From NCBI GenBank assembly GCA_903893485.1, contig CAITMK010000001.1, positions 46,560 through 110,559 of the forward strand: DNA of 64,000 nucleotides, written 5' to 3'. Origin of the DNA: Candidatus Magasanikiibacteriota bacterium. Its GTDB lineage: Bacteria > Patescibacteriota > Patescibacteriia > Magasanikbacterales > 2-02-FULL-50-9b. Position 1 is the first letter of the stretch. Every line of letters starts with the position of its first letter. Of this stretch, positions 45,078 to 55,061 are shown piece after piece. The notes below the pieces were generated by a model. That model did not search any database, was not told the origin of the DNA, and saw only the letters and a list, made by a program, of their open reading frames with translations. Position numbers and translations under genes: made by a program.

Positions 45078-45644
45078 ATGCTTAGCGACCGCGACATCCG
45101 CGCAGCCTTGGCTGCAGGAAAAATCAAAATCAGTCCATCTGTTCCAGACAACGCGGTCCAGCCTGCGAGCTTGGATTTGCATCTTGCCAACACGTTTTGG
45201 GTCTTTCCTCCAAGCAACGAAATTTTTGATCCTCGCAGCCCAATCACCGATGATTCACATCGCACCCCAACCATCACCGATGAATTTGATATCTATCCGG
45301 GCCAATTTGTTTTAGCATCAACCACGGAACACGTGTCGCTTGGCCCTGCGCACGCTGCGCGCATCGAAGGCAAATCTTCACTTGGCCGTCTTGGATTGTT
45401 TGTACACATCACCGCGGGTTTTATCGACCCAGGTTTTGCAGGCAATATCACGCTCGAACTTTTAAATGTTTCTGGCCGTCCGCTTCGTTTGCACGCTGGC
45501 ATGAAAATCGCGCAGCTCAGCATTCAAGAATTAACTTCACCCGCTGAACGCCCATACGGCCATCCAGAACTCGGCAGCAAATACCAAGGCCAAACCGTTG
45601 CAACCCCAAGTTTGTATCACCTCAATAAAGACACCGAAGTATGA
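45078..45644 (+). CDS. dcd: dCTP deaminase (possibly bifunctional with dUTPase)
   Basis: LSDRDI, QPASLDL, EGKSSLGRLGL..H.TAGFIDPGF.G.ITLE, RPYG, KYQGQ. Confidence 0.95.
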   Translation: MLSDRDIRAALAAGKIKISPSVPDNAVQPASLDLHLANTFWVFPPSNEIFDPRSPITDDSHRTPTITDEFDIYPGQFVLASTTEHVSLGPAHAARIEGKSSLGRLGLFVHITAGFIDPGFAGNITLELLNVSGRPLRLHAGMKIAQLSIQELTSPAERPYGHPELGSKYQGQTVATPSLYHLNKDTEV

Positions 45645-46183
45645 AATTAATTTTGGGTTTTGTCGGCCACATCGGCAGTGGAAAAGGTGCGGCTTGTAAA
45701 TACTTACAAGAAAAACATGATATCGGCTATTACCGATATTCAACAATGCTTCGAGATATTTTAACGCGTTTGTATTTGCCACAAGATCGCGATCACATGA
45801 TCCATACCTCCGAAATGATTCGCCGCGAATTTGGCGAAAATATTATTGGTCATGTAATGAAAGAGGATGTCATGCGCGATACACACGAAATTGTGTGCAT
45901 CGATGGCATTCGCCGTTTGGAAGATTTATTTGAGCATCCAAATTTAGTTTTGGTTTTTATTAACAGCGACGAACGCGTACGATTTGAACGTCTTGCGGCG
46001 CGCGCAGAAAATACTGATGACACTAAAAAAACTTTTGAAGAATTTTTAGCCGATGAAAAACGTTCAACAGAATTAACAATCGATACGGTCGCCGCACGCG
46101 CCACAGAAACGATTTATAATAATGGCACGATCGAAGAATTTCAAGCAGCGCTCGACGCACTGATTACAAAACATGCCAATTAA
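45641..46183 (+). CDS. P-loop nucleotide kinase (dephospho-CoA kinase/NMP kinase-like)
   Basis: GHIGSGKG, IDGIRR, R.ERL..R, I.NNGT. Confidence 0.75.
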   Translation: MKLILGFVGHIGSGKGAACKYLQEKHDIGYYRYSTMLRDILTRLYLPQDRDHMIHTSEMIRREFGENIIGHVMKEDVMRDTHEIVCIDGIRRLEDLFEHPNLVLVFINSDERVRFERLAARAENTDDTKKTFEEFLADEKRSTELTIDTVAARATETIYNNGTIEEFQAALDALITKHAN

Positions 46184-46919
46184 GCGTACTAAAATCGCAA
46201 CGTACAAATTTGACGCGCCGCTCCCCGGCCCGCCCATGATTTTATTTTCCGATTTGCATTTGTACGGCAAAAAAAATAGTTCGATTAGTGTTTTCCCCGA
46301 AGCCGTTGAACATTTATTTACGCTGCTCAAAAAATATCAATCGCGCGGCTACGAACTGTATGGCCTTGGCGATATTTTAGAAGGTTGGCGTTTTAATGCC
46401 AAACAAATTTTAAAACAGCATCCAGATTTTATGTGGCTCATTACGCGCCACGTGCATATTATTCGCGGCAACCACGATTGGGACGCGTGGAAAAAAATCC
46501 AAGCGCAATTTGGTAAAGAAACTTACGAATTTTTGCAGGTCGGCCCCATTTTTATGAGCCACGGCCACGAAGCTGACCCGATGAACAAACACCACGCCTG
46601 GTACAGCCGCTACGCAACAAAATTTGCGGGCGTTTTAAAACGCGCCGGGCTCGACATGGACGCGCTGCATCGCCGCGTTCGCACGCGCCACAAAGATAAA
46701 CTCAAAGAAATTTATCGCACGCATTCATTGCGTTTGCAACACACCATTGCCAAAGGCGCCACGATTTTTTGTTTTGGACATTTGCACATGCCCTACCTCG
46801 ATACCACGGACCCAAATTGCGTGGTGGTAAATTTAGGATCCATTGCCAACTACCAACGCGCCTTTTCGTACGTCGAAATTACGGAGCGCGAATTAATTTT
46901 GTGGAAAATCGAACTCTAG
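46173..46919 (+). CDS. Calcineurin-like metallophosphoesterase (LpxH-like)
   Basis: SDLH, GDILE, GNHD, HGH, GHLH, NLGS. Confidence 0.85.
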   Translation: MPIKRTKIATYKFDAPLPGPPMILFSDLHLYGKKNSSISVFPEAVEHLFTLLKKYQSRGYELYGLGDILEGWRFNAKQILKQHPDFMWLITRHVHIIRGNHDWDAWKKIQAQFGKETYEFLQVGPIFMSHGHEADPMNKHHAWYSRYATKFAGVLKRAGLDMDALHRRVRTRHKDKLKEIYRTHSLRLQHTIAKGATIFCFGHLHMPYLDTTDPNCVVVNLGSIANYQRAFSYVEITERELILWKIEL

Positions 46920-46938
46920 CATGATATACTAATCGTAT

Positions 46939-47871
46939 ATGCATGCACGCTCTTTATTTTTTTCATCACTCGCACTTTTATTTATTGGCGCAGGTTGCGG
47001 CGCAGCGCCCACACCGGTTGCAACATTTCCGGTTGTAACGCCAAATATTACGTCATCAACGCAGCCAACATTGCCGCCAATTGCGGATCCGTCGGCAAAC
47101 GCTGCAATGCTGCCGGCAGCTGCAACAAGCAGTACAATTTCTTTAGCCGTTGATCAAGCCGTTTTTGCAAACTGGAAAAATGGCGCGGTTTGGTACGAAG
47201 GAAAAATCACCGCAATTTCTGGTAAACTTTACACTATTAAATACAACGCGGGCGACACCGAAACTGACATCACCGAGAATCGGATTCTTGCAAAACCACC
47301 CGCCCCACCGCAAGATACCTACGCGGCAAAAGAAGTTGTCATTGCAAAAGAAACAAATGGCAGCTGGTACAAAGGATTGGTTAATAAAGATCACGGCACA
47401 ACAATCGATATTAATTTTGACGACAAATCATTTGGCACCGTAACCCGCGAAAATATTGTTCCTGCGGTTCCACACAAAACTGGCGCGGCAGCGGCAGCGA
47501 ATATAACAACCCCAGCAGCCGCAATCAAAACCGCTCGAATTTTCCTTGATCACACCAAAGTTTTAGTTAACTGGAAAGACGGTCCACGTTGGTGGAATGC
47601 AGTATTAAACCAACAAATCGGCGATCAATATTCCGTAACCTACGACGACGATCACAGCACTGAAAACGTGCCTGCAACGGCAATTGCGAATTTACCAACA
47701 ACCGCGGCTCGTACCACAACAATTGGTGACAAAATTATTGCCCGCGCTGCAAATGGTTATTGGTACAATGCAACCGTCAGCTCAGTAAACGGATTGTCAA
47801 TTGGCATTACCTTTTTTGATGGATTTGCCACTACAATTTCACCCACAGAATTTACACGCGCAGGCTCTTGA
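46939..47871 (+). CDS. Lipoprotein with four Tudor/Agenet-like repeats
   Basis: FIGAGC lipobox, P/T/A linker, four approx. 50 aa repeats of the form V.A.W....WY.G.I......Y.I.[YF]..GD. Confidence 0.7.
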   Translation: MHARSLFFSSLALLFIGAGCGAAPTPVATFPVVTPNITSSTQPTLPPIADPSANAAMLPAAATSSTISLAVDQAVFANWKNGAVWYEGKITAISGKLYTIKYNAGDTETDITENRILAKPPAPPQDTYAAKEVVIAKETNGSWYKGLVNKDHGTTIDINFDDKSFGTVTRENIVPAVPHKTGAAAAANITTPAAAIKTARIFLDHTKVLVNWKDGPRWWNAVLNQQIGDQYSVTYDDDHSTENVPATAIANLPTTAARTTTIGDKIIARAANGYWYNATVSSVNGLSIGITFFDGFATTISPTEFTRAGS

Positions 47872-47916
47872 CGCAGATTTCTTTTTTTGCCCCCTGTCTG
47901 GTAAGATAGGCGGCAT

Positions 47917-49452
47917 ATGCCACTTGAATCACACGACCGCGACATCTTCGCAATCACCGGCCTTTCCCCAGAAGTTCAAGCAGTTGCTTTTGCAAAATAT
48001 TCTCGCTCGCAGGAGTCGGTGAAAACAACCATCGACGACTTAACCGACGAAAAGTCAGCCGAATTCCACGAGAAGTGGGTTATTGGCTATGGCGACGCGT
48101 CCGTGGCTGACATGGCAATGGTTGCAATCGCCATGGAAAATGTTTCCATGATCGCCTCAAAGGCCGTGGAAGACCATCGCATGGCAAGTTACCAGGAAAA
48201 GTCCACGCGCTACGTGCCGTTCGACCCGACTCGCTACCACAAGCCAGCGGTATTCATGGAAGACCCAGCGGCCCGCGAAATTTACATTAATGCCATCGAA
48301 AATTTAATGGCTGGCTACACCGAATTAACCGAGGGAATGATTGCCTATTTCCGCGCAAAATATCCAAAGCCCGAAGACAACACCGACAAACAATATGAAT
48401 CACGTTTGCGCGCGCGCTCCTTGGACGTTGCCCGCTACGTTTTGCCAATTTCAACGCTCACCAATTTGGGCATGATCGCATCAGCGCGCGAAATCCGTTA
48501 TATGGTTTCACGTTTGCTTGCATCGCCACAGCAGGAAGTCCGCGAAATCGGCGCAGAAATTAAACGCGCTGCTTTGGAAACCGCGTATAACCCGCAAGTT
48601 AAAAAAATTGAACCACTGATTGCGCGCCTCGCAGAAAACGGCGCCGAACCAGAAATTTTGGAGGCTTTGCGCGCAAGTTTGCGTTTGTCTGTTAAAGGCG
48701 CGCCAACATTAATCAAGCATACGGACCCACGCGAATATTTACTCAAAAAAGATCGCGTTGCAAAAATTGCCACCATGTTTTTGGAAGACGAAGCGCCCGT
48801 ATACGACGAACCACGTGTTGAATTATTATTAAATACCGAACCTGAAGACGAATTAGTTGCATCGTTACTATACCCACACACGAGCTTGTCGCTCCGCGCG
48901 CTTTTGGAAAAAATTTCATTACTCAGCAGCAACCAAAAACGTGCATTATTTGAATCTATCAACGAAAATCGCAGCAGTCACGACAACCTCAGCCGCGAAT
49001 TTGAAGTAGGCAACTATTTTATCTTCGACACGCTCATGGATTATGGCGCGTACCGCGATTTGCAGCGCCATCGTTTAACCAGTCAGCTTTCGCAGCCGCC
49101 ATCGCCAGCGCACGGCTACGAGGTCCCACGCGACTTGGCAGAAGCCGGATTGCTTCCCCGCTTTGAAGAACTCATGAGCGCCAACCGCGACGCATTCGAA
49201 CGTCTCGCCGAAATTAATGTCGACGAAGCACGCTACGTTTTAGCAATGGCATGGCGCAAACGCACCATCTTTAAAATGAATTTGCGCGAACTGTATCATG
49301 TGGTTGAACTCCGCACGCGCTCGGGCGGCCATTTCTCATATCGTACTTTGTGCTATGATATGTACGAATTACTCAAAAAGCATCATCCGATTTTGGCCAG
49401 CCACATTCGCGCAGTAAAAATGGATTTTGATGCAGATTTTTTTGGACGCTAA
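47917..49452 (+). CDS. thyX: FAD-dependent thymidylate synthase, tandem double-domain form
   Basis: SYQEKSTRY and D.ARYVLP in the N-half; RDLQRHR, ARY and NLRE...ELR in the C-half; 511 aa. Confidence 0.9.
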   Translation: MPLESHDRDIFAITGLSPEVQAVAFAKYSRSQESVKTTIDDLTDEKSAEFHEKWVIGYGDASVADMAMVAIAMENVSMIASKAVEDHRMASYQEKSTRYVPFDPTRYHKPAVFMEDPAAREIYINAIENLMAGYTELTEGMIAYFRAKYPKPEDNTDKQYESRLRARSLDVARYVLPISTLTNLGMIASAREIRYMVSRLLASPQQEVREIGAEIKRAALETAYNPQVKKIEPLIARLAENGAEPEILEALRASLRLSVKGAPTLIKHTDPREYLLKKDRVAKIATMFLEDEAPVYDEPRVELLLNTEPEDELVASLLYPHTSLSLRALLEKISLLSSNQKRALFESINENRSSHDNLSREFEVGNYFIFDTLMDYGAYRDLQRHRLTSQLSQPPSPAHGYEVPRDLAEAGLLPRFEELMSANRDAFERLAEINVDEARYVLAMAWRKRTIFKMNLRELYHVVELRTRSGGHFSYRTLCYDMYELLKKHHPILASHIRAVKMDFDADFFGR

Positions 49453-49453
49453 T

Positions 49454-50158
49454 ATGTTTGTCATGGTAGACGGAATCGACGGGTCCGGCAAAAGCACAAT
49501 CACCAAAGCGTGGCGCGAAATGTTTGAAGCGCGCAGCGAGAAAATTTTTGACGCGGTTGCATTTGCAAAAGCGCAACGCCGCATTCCAACCATCGAAGAC
49601 GTTGGCGACGCGCACATTATTTTTTCCGCAGAGCCAACTTACGCAGGACTTGGCAAAGAGCTGCGCGACCACATGTTGTCGCCCGGCTCCACCGCAACGC
49701 CACGCGAAGTAACCGAAAAATTTGCCGAAGCGCGCGCCGAATTATATGAAGCAATGATAATTCCTGCACTTGCCGCGGGCAAAGTTATTATTCAGGATCG
49801 CGGACTTACGTCATCGCTTGCCTACCAGCCAACCATGAGCGAAGAGATTACCGAAGAATTTGTTGCGGGCTTACCTGGCAATCAGTTAGCGCTGCAGCAT
49901 CGCCCCGATTATGTTATTTTGTGCGACGTTCCCGCCGATGTTGCCATGAGTCGTCTTGCAGGCCGCACCGAAAAACAAGATGACTCAATTTTCGAGAAAA
50001 AAGAATACATGCTTCGCGTTGCCGCACGTTTTCAAACCACATCGTGGCAAAAATATTTAACCGATGCGGGCACTAAAATTATTGTGTTCAATGCCAATCA
50101 ACCAATCGCGCTGGCAATTCGTGCGGCGCAGCGCCTGCTCATTGATTTAGTGGTATAA
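49454..50158 (+). CDS. tmk: Thymidylate kinase
   Basis: DGIDGSGKST, EPT, QDR...SSLAYQ, PD.....DV. Confidence 0.9.
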   Translation: MFVMVDGIDGSGKSTITKAWREMFEARSEKIFDAVAFAKAQRRIPTIEDVGDAHIIFSAEPTYAGLGKELRDHMLSPGSTATPREVTEKFAEARAELYEAMIIPALAAGKVIIQDRGLTSSLAYQPTMSEEITEEFVAGLPGNQLALQHRPDYVILCDVPADVAMSRLAGRTEKQDDSIFEKKEYMLRVAARFQTTSWQKYLTDAGTKIIVFNANQPIALAIRAAQRLLIDLVV

Positions 50159-50167
50159 TACTGCCCT

Positions 50168-51667
50168 ATGTCATTGCAATTGGAGCCTGTTATCGGCCTT
50201 GAAATTCACGTTCAGCTCAAAACAAAAACAAAAATGTTTTGTAGTTGCGATAATCGTGGCGAAAATTTGCCGCCAAACACGGCAATTTGCCCGATTTGTT
50301 TAGCGCATCCGGGCACATTGCCATGGCCAAATGAACAGGCGGTCCGTTTTGCAGTTTTATTGGGAAGTGCGCTTGGCGCCCAGCTCGATCCTGTTTTGCG
50401 TTTCGATCGCAAACATTATTTTTATCCGGATTTACCAAAGGGCTACCAAATTTCACAGTTTGACCACCCAACTTGCAGCGGCGGCAGTTTTACCTTTGAA
50501 GTTCCTGGCACCAATGTGCCGCGCAATTCAGCGACCGTGCGTATCGAACGCGCACACCTAGAAGAAGACGCCGCAAAATCTTTTCACGGCACCGCGGGCG
50601 AAACATTGGTTGATTTTAATCGCGCCGGCACGCCGCTCATCGAAACTGTAACGCATCCAGATTTTAAAACACCATTTGAGGCACGCTGCTTTTTGCAGGA
50701 ATTACGATTGCTTGTTCGTACACTTGGCATTTCCGAAGGCGACATGGAAAAAGGTCATCTCCGCTGCGACGCAAATATTTCTATGCGCCCGGTTGGCGAC
50801 GAAAATTTATACGCAAAAACAGAAATCAAAAATTTAAACAGTTTCCGGTCCGTTGAACGCGCACTTGAATTTGAAATTAAACGCCAAAGTGAATTGTGGG
50901 AAGCTGGCACGCCGCCAACGCTCACCACCACACGCGGCTGGGACGATGCAAACCAAAAAACAACCGAGCAGCGCAGCAAAGAAGGCTTAAAAGATTATCG
51001 TTTTTTTCCAGAGCCTGATTTACCATTCTGTGATATTTCTGCAATCATTGCCGAAGAGCGCCGCCATTTGCCAGAATTGCCGCATGCCAAACGTGCGCGT
51101 TTTCAGGCTGAATACGGATTTACTGCACCAGATGCCCGCCAATTTGTTGAGCACGAATCTTTGGCCGAATACGCCGAAAACGTGATGAGCGAATTTTTGG
51201 CATGGGTCCGCAGCGAGCTGCCCGAAACCAGCGAAGAAGAATTTAAACCGCGCGCCGCAAAATTAGTTTCCGGCTGGTTGCTTTCAAAATATTTAGGTGC
51301 CCTTTCCGAAATGGGCCGCGAATTTTCGCGCGACATAATTACGCCAGAAAATTTTGCAGAACTTTTGACGTTGCTTTACCGCACAAAAATAAATTCAACC
51401 ACCGCGCAAACTGTTTTGAAAAAAATGATCGAAACCGGCGCTGATCCGTCACACATTTTAGAAGACGAAAAATTGACGGGCGCAGATGAACAATCAATTG
51501 ATTTGTGGATCGCCGAAGTCATCGCAGCAAATCCTGCGCAAGTCGCAGAATTTAAAGCCGGGAAATTTTCTTTGCTCCAATTTTTCCTTGGCCAAGTCAT
51601 GAAAAAATCTCGCGGCACCGCGGATCCAGAAACAACCGCAGAAAAAATCAAAGACGCGTTAGAATAA
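50168..51667 (+). CDS. gatB: Asp/Glu-tRNA amidotransferase subunit B
   Basis: VIGLEIHVQL, FDRKHYFYPDLPKGYQISQ, HLEEDA, RCDANIS, EIKNLNSF, YRFFPEPDL. Confidence 0.98.
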   Translation: MSLQLEPVIGLEIHVQLKTKTKMFCSCDNRGENLPPNTAICPICLAHPGTLPWPNEQAVRFAVLLGSALGAQLDPVLRFDRKHYFYPDLPKGYQISQFDHPTCSGGSFTFEVPGTNVPRNSATVRIERAHLEEDAAKSFHGTAGETLVDFNRAGTPLIETVTHPDFKTPFEARCFLQELRLLVRTLGISEGDMEKGHLRCDANISMRPVGDENLYAKTEIKNLNSFRSVERALEFEIKRQSELWEAGTPPTLTTTRGWDDANQKTTEQRSKEGLKDYRFFPEPDLPFCDISAIIAEERRHLPELPHAKRARFQAEYGFTAPDARQFVEHESLAEYAENVMSEFLAWVRSELPETSEEEFKPRAAKLVSGWLLSKYLGALSEMGREFSRDIITPENFAELLTLLYRTKINSTTAQTVLKKMIETGADPSHILEDEKLTGADEQSIDLWIAEVIAANPAQVAEFKAGKFSLLQFFLGQVMKKSRGTADPETTAEKIKDALE

Positions 51668-51677
51668 AAAATTTAAC

Positions 51678-52223
51678 TCAATCAAACGGAATATCCCGAA
51701 TCTGCGGTTTTGGCGGCAAAATTATTGGTTGCGCCATTTGCAACGGCGAACCACTAGCTACACCCGCCATAGTATGTGTGGTCACCCCGCCGCCAACTGA
51801 AACATGCGGTGTACTTCCCGGCCCACCAAACGCCGAAACTTTGTGCTGACTTGTCGCATCACCAAAAATCGAAACTGAATGTTTTTGTTCGCGCACCACA
51901 CTATCATTCATGCGTTCTTTATTGTATTCAGCCATGCGATCATCGCGACGGCCTTTATCTTGTACACGCGCCGCAACATTTGCAACTCGTTCGGCTTTTC
52001 TAAAAGTCGCTTCAGCAGCACGCGCATCATCGATGACGCCTTCACGTTCTAATCGACGCAAAACCATTTTTGCGTCGCGCGTAGTCGTTGTGGTACCTTG
52101 ATTTACCACCCCTTGCTGACCTATTCGCGAGAGTGCTCCACGCAGCGCGCTACCCTGCAAACCAGTTGCCGAGCTTAAGACATTTGTAAATCTTTGTGCA
52201 GAAAATCGTGGAGTGACTGACAT
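51678..52223 (-). CDS. Hypothetical protein
   Basis: 181 aa ORF with TGGTATACT upstream; overlaps the miaA 3' end; ends in DIPFD. Confidence 0.6.
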   Translation of the reverse strand: MSVTPRFSAQRFTNVLSSATGLQGSALRGALSRIGQQGVVNQGTTTTTRDAKMVLRRLEREGVIDDARAAEATFRKAERVANVAARVQDKGRRDDRMAEYNKERMNDSVVREQKHSVSIFGDATSQHKVSAFGGPGSTPHVSVGGGVTTHTMAGVASGSPLQMAQPIILPPKPQIRDIPFD

Positions 52224-53071
52224 ACTTCGTTAACATCAGTATACCATACGATATTTTTGTTACGCTTAAACCAGGTAATTTGGCGTTTAGCATATTGCGC
52301 AGTGTGCGTAATAAGTAATTCCTGCGCACTGGCCGCCGACATTTTACCATCTAAAAAATCGCAGATTTCTGGGACACCAATGGTTTGTATGCCAGGAGCG
52401 TCGGCCGCATATAAATTACGCGCGGCTGCGACCTCCGCAACCATTGCATCCCACGATACTAAAATACGCGATCTAATCCGTGCCAAAATTTGTTCCCGGC
52501 CAGGATTCCAACCAATCAAAAAAACTTCGTATGGTGATTCACCCGGCTCGCCAAATTCAGTGATTGATTTTCCCGTTGCCAAAAAAACTTCCAGCGCGCG
52601 CGCCACGCGACGTGGATTTTTCATATCAATTTTTGCAGCAACCGCGGGATCACATTTTGCCAATTCTTCGCATTGAACATCCGTGGACATTGCCAAAACC
52701 CGATTTCGAATCTCGGCAGGAACCCGCGGCGCCGCACCTTGACTGCGAAGCAATGCATCAACATATAAACCGCTGCCCCCAACCACAATTGGCAGATCAC
52801 TTACATTTTTTATTTCCGTATCTGCTTTTAAAACGTATTCCGCAAAAGAAAAAGGTGCTGACAAATTCAAAAATTCATACAGCAAGTGTTTTTCATCGGC
52901 TTTGTGCGCTGCGGTAACCGCGGTCAAACCCTGATATACCTGACGCGCATCAGCATTTATCACCGCGCCGCCAAATTTTAGCGCCAAAAAATCCGCCAGA
53001 TCCGACTTTCCACTAGCCGTTGGACCGACAATTACCGCCATGCGTTTTTTTTGTGCAAATTCTTGCGTCAT
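52175..53071 (-). CDS. miaA: tRNA dimethylallyltransferase
   Basis: GPTASGKS, NADARQVY, VGGSGLY, N.RRV.RALEV, T.QYAKRQ.TWF. Confidence 0.95.
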   Translation of the reverse strand: MTQEFAQKKRMAVIVGPTASGKSDLADFLALKFGGAVINADARQVYQGLTAVTAAHKADEKHLLYEFLNLSAPFSFAEYVLKADTEIKNVSDLPIVVGGSGLYVDALLRSQGAAPRVPAEIRNRVLAMSTDVQCEELAKCDPAVAAKIDMKNPRRVARALEVFLATGKSITEFGEPGESPYEVFLIGWNPGREQILARIRSRILVSWDAMVAEVAAARNLYAADAPGIQTIGVPEICDFLDGKMSAASAQELLITHTAQYAKRQITWFKRNKNIVWYTDVNEVCQSLHDFLHKDLQMS

Positions 53072-53111
53072 ATATGGTATACTATCACCAATATTTTTTT
53101 CGTCAACCTCT

Positions 53112-54995
53112 ATGCAAGATCAAAAACCAAAAGTGATCATTAATCTTCCCCAGGCCAATCCTGAACAAGGAGATTCAGACCACTTTTTTGCGCAATTTCA
53201 AAAACAACATTCTGAAATTGCTGGATTGCTCCGCGATCTTACTGCGGTGCAAAATGAATTAACCGCAATTCAAAATGGTAAATTTGTTACCGCGGTCAAT
53301 GAAAGCAAAGCAACGCTCGAAGCTTTAAAAAAGCTCACGCCAAAACTGAACCAGCTAGGCGACAAACTTGATGGCTTATATGCTCAAGGCGACGAAACGC
53401 TCGCGGCAATGGGTATGGGCGAAGACTCGCCAGCGCGTCAATTATTCATCGAAGAACGTCAAAACTTTGAAAATCGAATTGATAACACCATTACACTTGC
53501 CGAACAGCTGGAACATGCGCAAACACGCCCAGAACGAGCGTCTGCCGCATTAAAAACTGAAAAGGCTCAGGATGTATTTAATTTGGATGCAGCTTTTGAC
53601 GATCAAAAAAAGAAAGCTCTTTTGGCAAAAATGCATTTCGGTGCCTTAAAACGTGAGGTTCAAAATATTGCCGACAATCAAAAGATGCCTAAAAATAAGG
53701 CACTCGATGAAATTTCAAGACTATTAGGCGACTATACTGAAAACGCCATCGATTTGCGTGCAACCAGTTCAAAAATACGTTTGGCAATTCTAAATGCTCC
53801 AAAATCTCTCGACAAAAAAACTGCCGCGGATAAGATTGATAGCATTTCAGATATTACCGGTGGCGTAATGAAAGAGGTTTTAACACTTATTCTTAATACT
53901 CGCGAAAAACTTCTGCAGGGTGAGCCTGAAGTTGCGCCGAAAGCCGCAGAAGCTGCACGACCAAAAAATACCGCTCGCGAAGACTGGGGTGCCGAAGCAG
54001 CAGAAGCAATTGCAAAATACGATAAAACAATGGCGCGCACAGCGTACCCTGTTCAAGAAACAATTGCCGACATGGACTTACAAAAAGCTATTGATACCGC
54101 CCCTGGCATGGGTTCAACGCGTGTACCAAGCAAAGCTGGCCCCGTAGGAGGTTATGGTCTCAACAAACCAAACACTCAGGCAACCACAGAATCACATGGG
54201 CCAGAAATGCCTGAAACAATTTCTCCAGAGCTCATCATGGCAAAAATTGCGGAGCTACAAAACCTTGAAAATCGTATTATGAATTCATATGGTACGGGCA
54301 AAAATGCCGTCGTAACAATTGAATTTGCCAAAGATCCTGAAACCGGCCTACCATCCACAACCGAAATTGCTGGAATGAAACATAAAGAAGGTTTTTTTGC
54401 AGGCCTTGGACGCCTTGGGCGCGCCGCACTTGGCAGATTAAATGCCGATGAGATGAGAGTTGATATGCATATCAACGAATACAACGAAAAGCTTGCTGAA
54501 ATTAAAAATCTCAAAACATTGGCCAAGGTTGCTTATGACGAAACCCGAATTATGCGGCCAACAATTTCAACCGCAAATCAGTCGATAATGGAGCGCATTG
54601 AAAACCGTCGCATGGAAGCCGGCAGACCAAATCAAGCTGAAATAATCAAACCCTACAACTATGCGGGAATTGATAATTGGTTAAAAAGCGGGGACGAAAG
54701 CGGAGACAGTCTGACCTCACAGCATGAAATTGAAATGCAAATGGCAAAAAATTACGAATTAAAAGCAAGTAAACTTCATGAAGTTTACCAAGATCTTAGT
54801 GAACCAAATAGCAAAATCACCTCTGTCGAAGCTTTGAAAATTGCATTGCAACAAGGAAAGCTTTTGGAAGATGGTGAACTTATGCCAGGCGAAAATCTCG
54901 AAAAAATGGTGACATCGTTTGGCAAATTCAACAAGAAAAATGCTGAGATATATCTTATCAAAACATTGAACCGCTTAAACGATCTCGCGGGCTAA
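53112..54995 (+). CDS. Coiled-coil-rich hypothetical protein
   Basis: About 627 aa charged helical ORF; KEGFFAGLGRLGRAALG amphipathic segment. Confidence 0.7.
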   Translation: MQDQKPKVIINLPQANPEQGDSDHFFAQFQKQHSEIAGLLRDLTAVQNELTAIQNGKFVTAVNESKATLEALKKLTPKLNQLGDKLDGLYAQGDETLAAMGMGEDSPARQLFIEERQNFENRIDNTITLAEQLEHAQTRPERASAALKTEKAQDVFNLDAAFDDQKKKALLAKMHFGALKREVQNIADNQKMPKNKALDEISRLLGDYTENAIDLRATSSKIRLAILNAPKSLDKKTAADKIDSISDITGGVMKEVLTLILNTREKLLQGEPEVAPKAAEAARPKNTAREDWGAEAAEAIAKYDKTMARTAYPVQETIADMDLQKAIDTAPGMGSTRVPSKAGPVGGYGLNKPNTQATTESHGPEMPETISPELIMAKIAELQNLENRIMNSYGTGKNAVVTIEFAKDPETGLPSTTEIAGMKHKEGFFAGLGRLGRAALGRLNADEMRVDMHINEYNEKLAEIKNLKTLAKVAYDETRIMRPTISTANQSIMERIENRRMEAGRPNQAEIIKPYNYAGIDNWLKSGDESGDSLTSQHEIEMQMAKNYELKASKLHEVYQDLSEPNSKITSVEALKIALQQGKLLEDGELMPGENLEKMVTSFGKFNKKNAEIYLIKTLNRLNDLAG

Positions 54996-55012
54996 AAAGC
55001 TCTGGATAAATT

Positions 55013-55044
55013 AAAAATACGCGGATCAAACCGCGTATTTTTTT
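55013..55044. terminator. Bidirectional terminator
   Basis: AAAAATACGCGG-ATCAAA-CCGCGTATTTTTTT between convergent genes. Confidence 0.85.
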
Positions 55045-55061
55045 ATGCCAAAGTTATAAGT

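Noticed and set aside
46173-46919. LpxH / lipid A biosynthesis
   Set aside because: Only generic metallophosphoesterase motifs; no lpx genes nearby, and the context is nucleotide metabolism.
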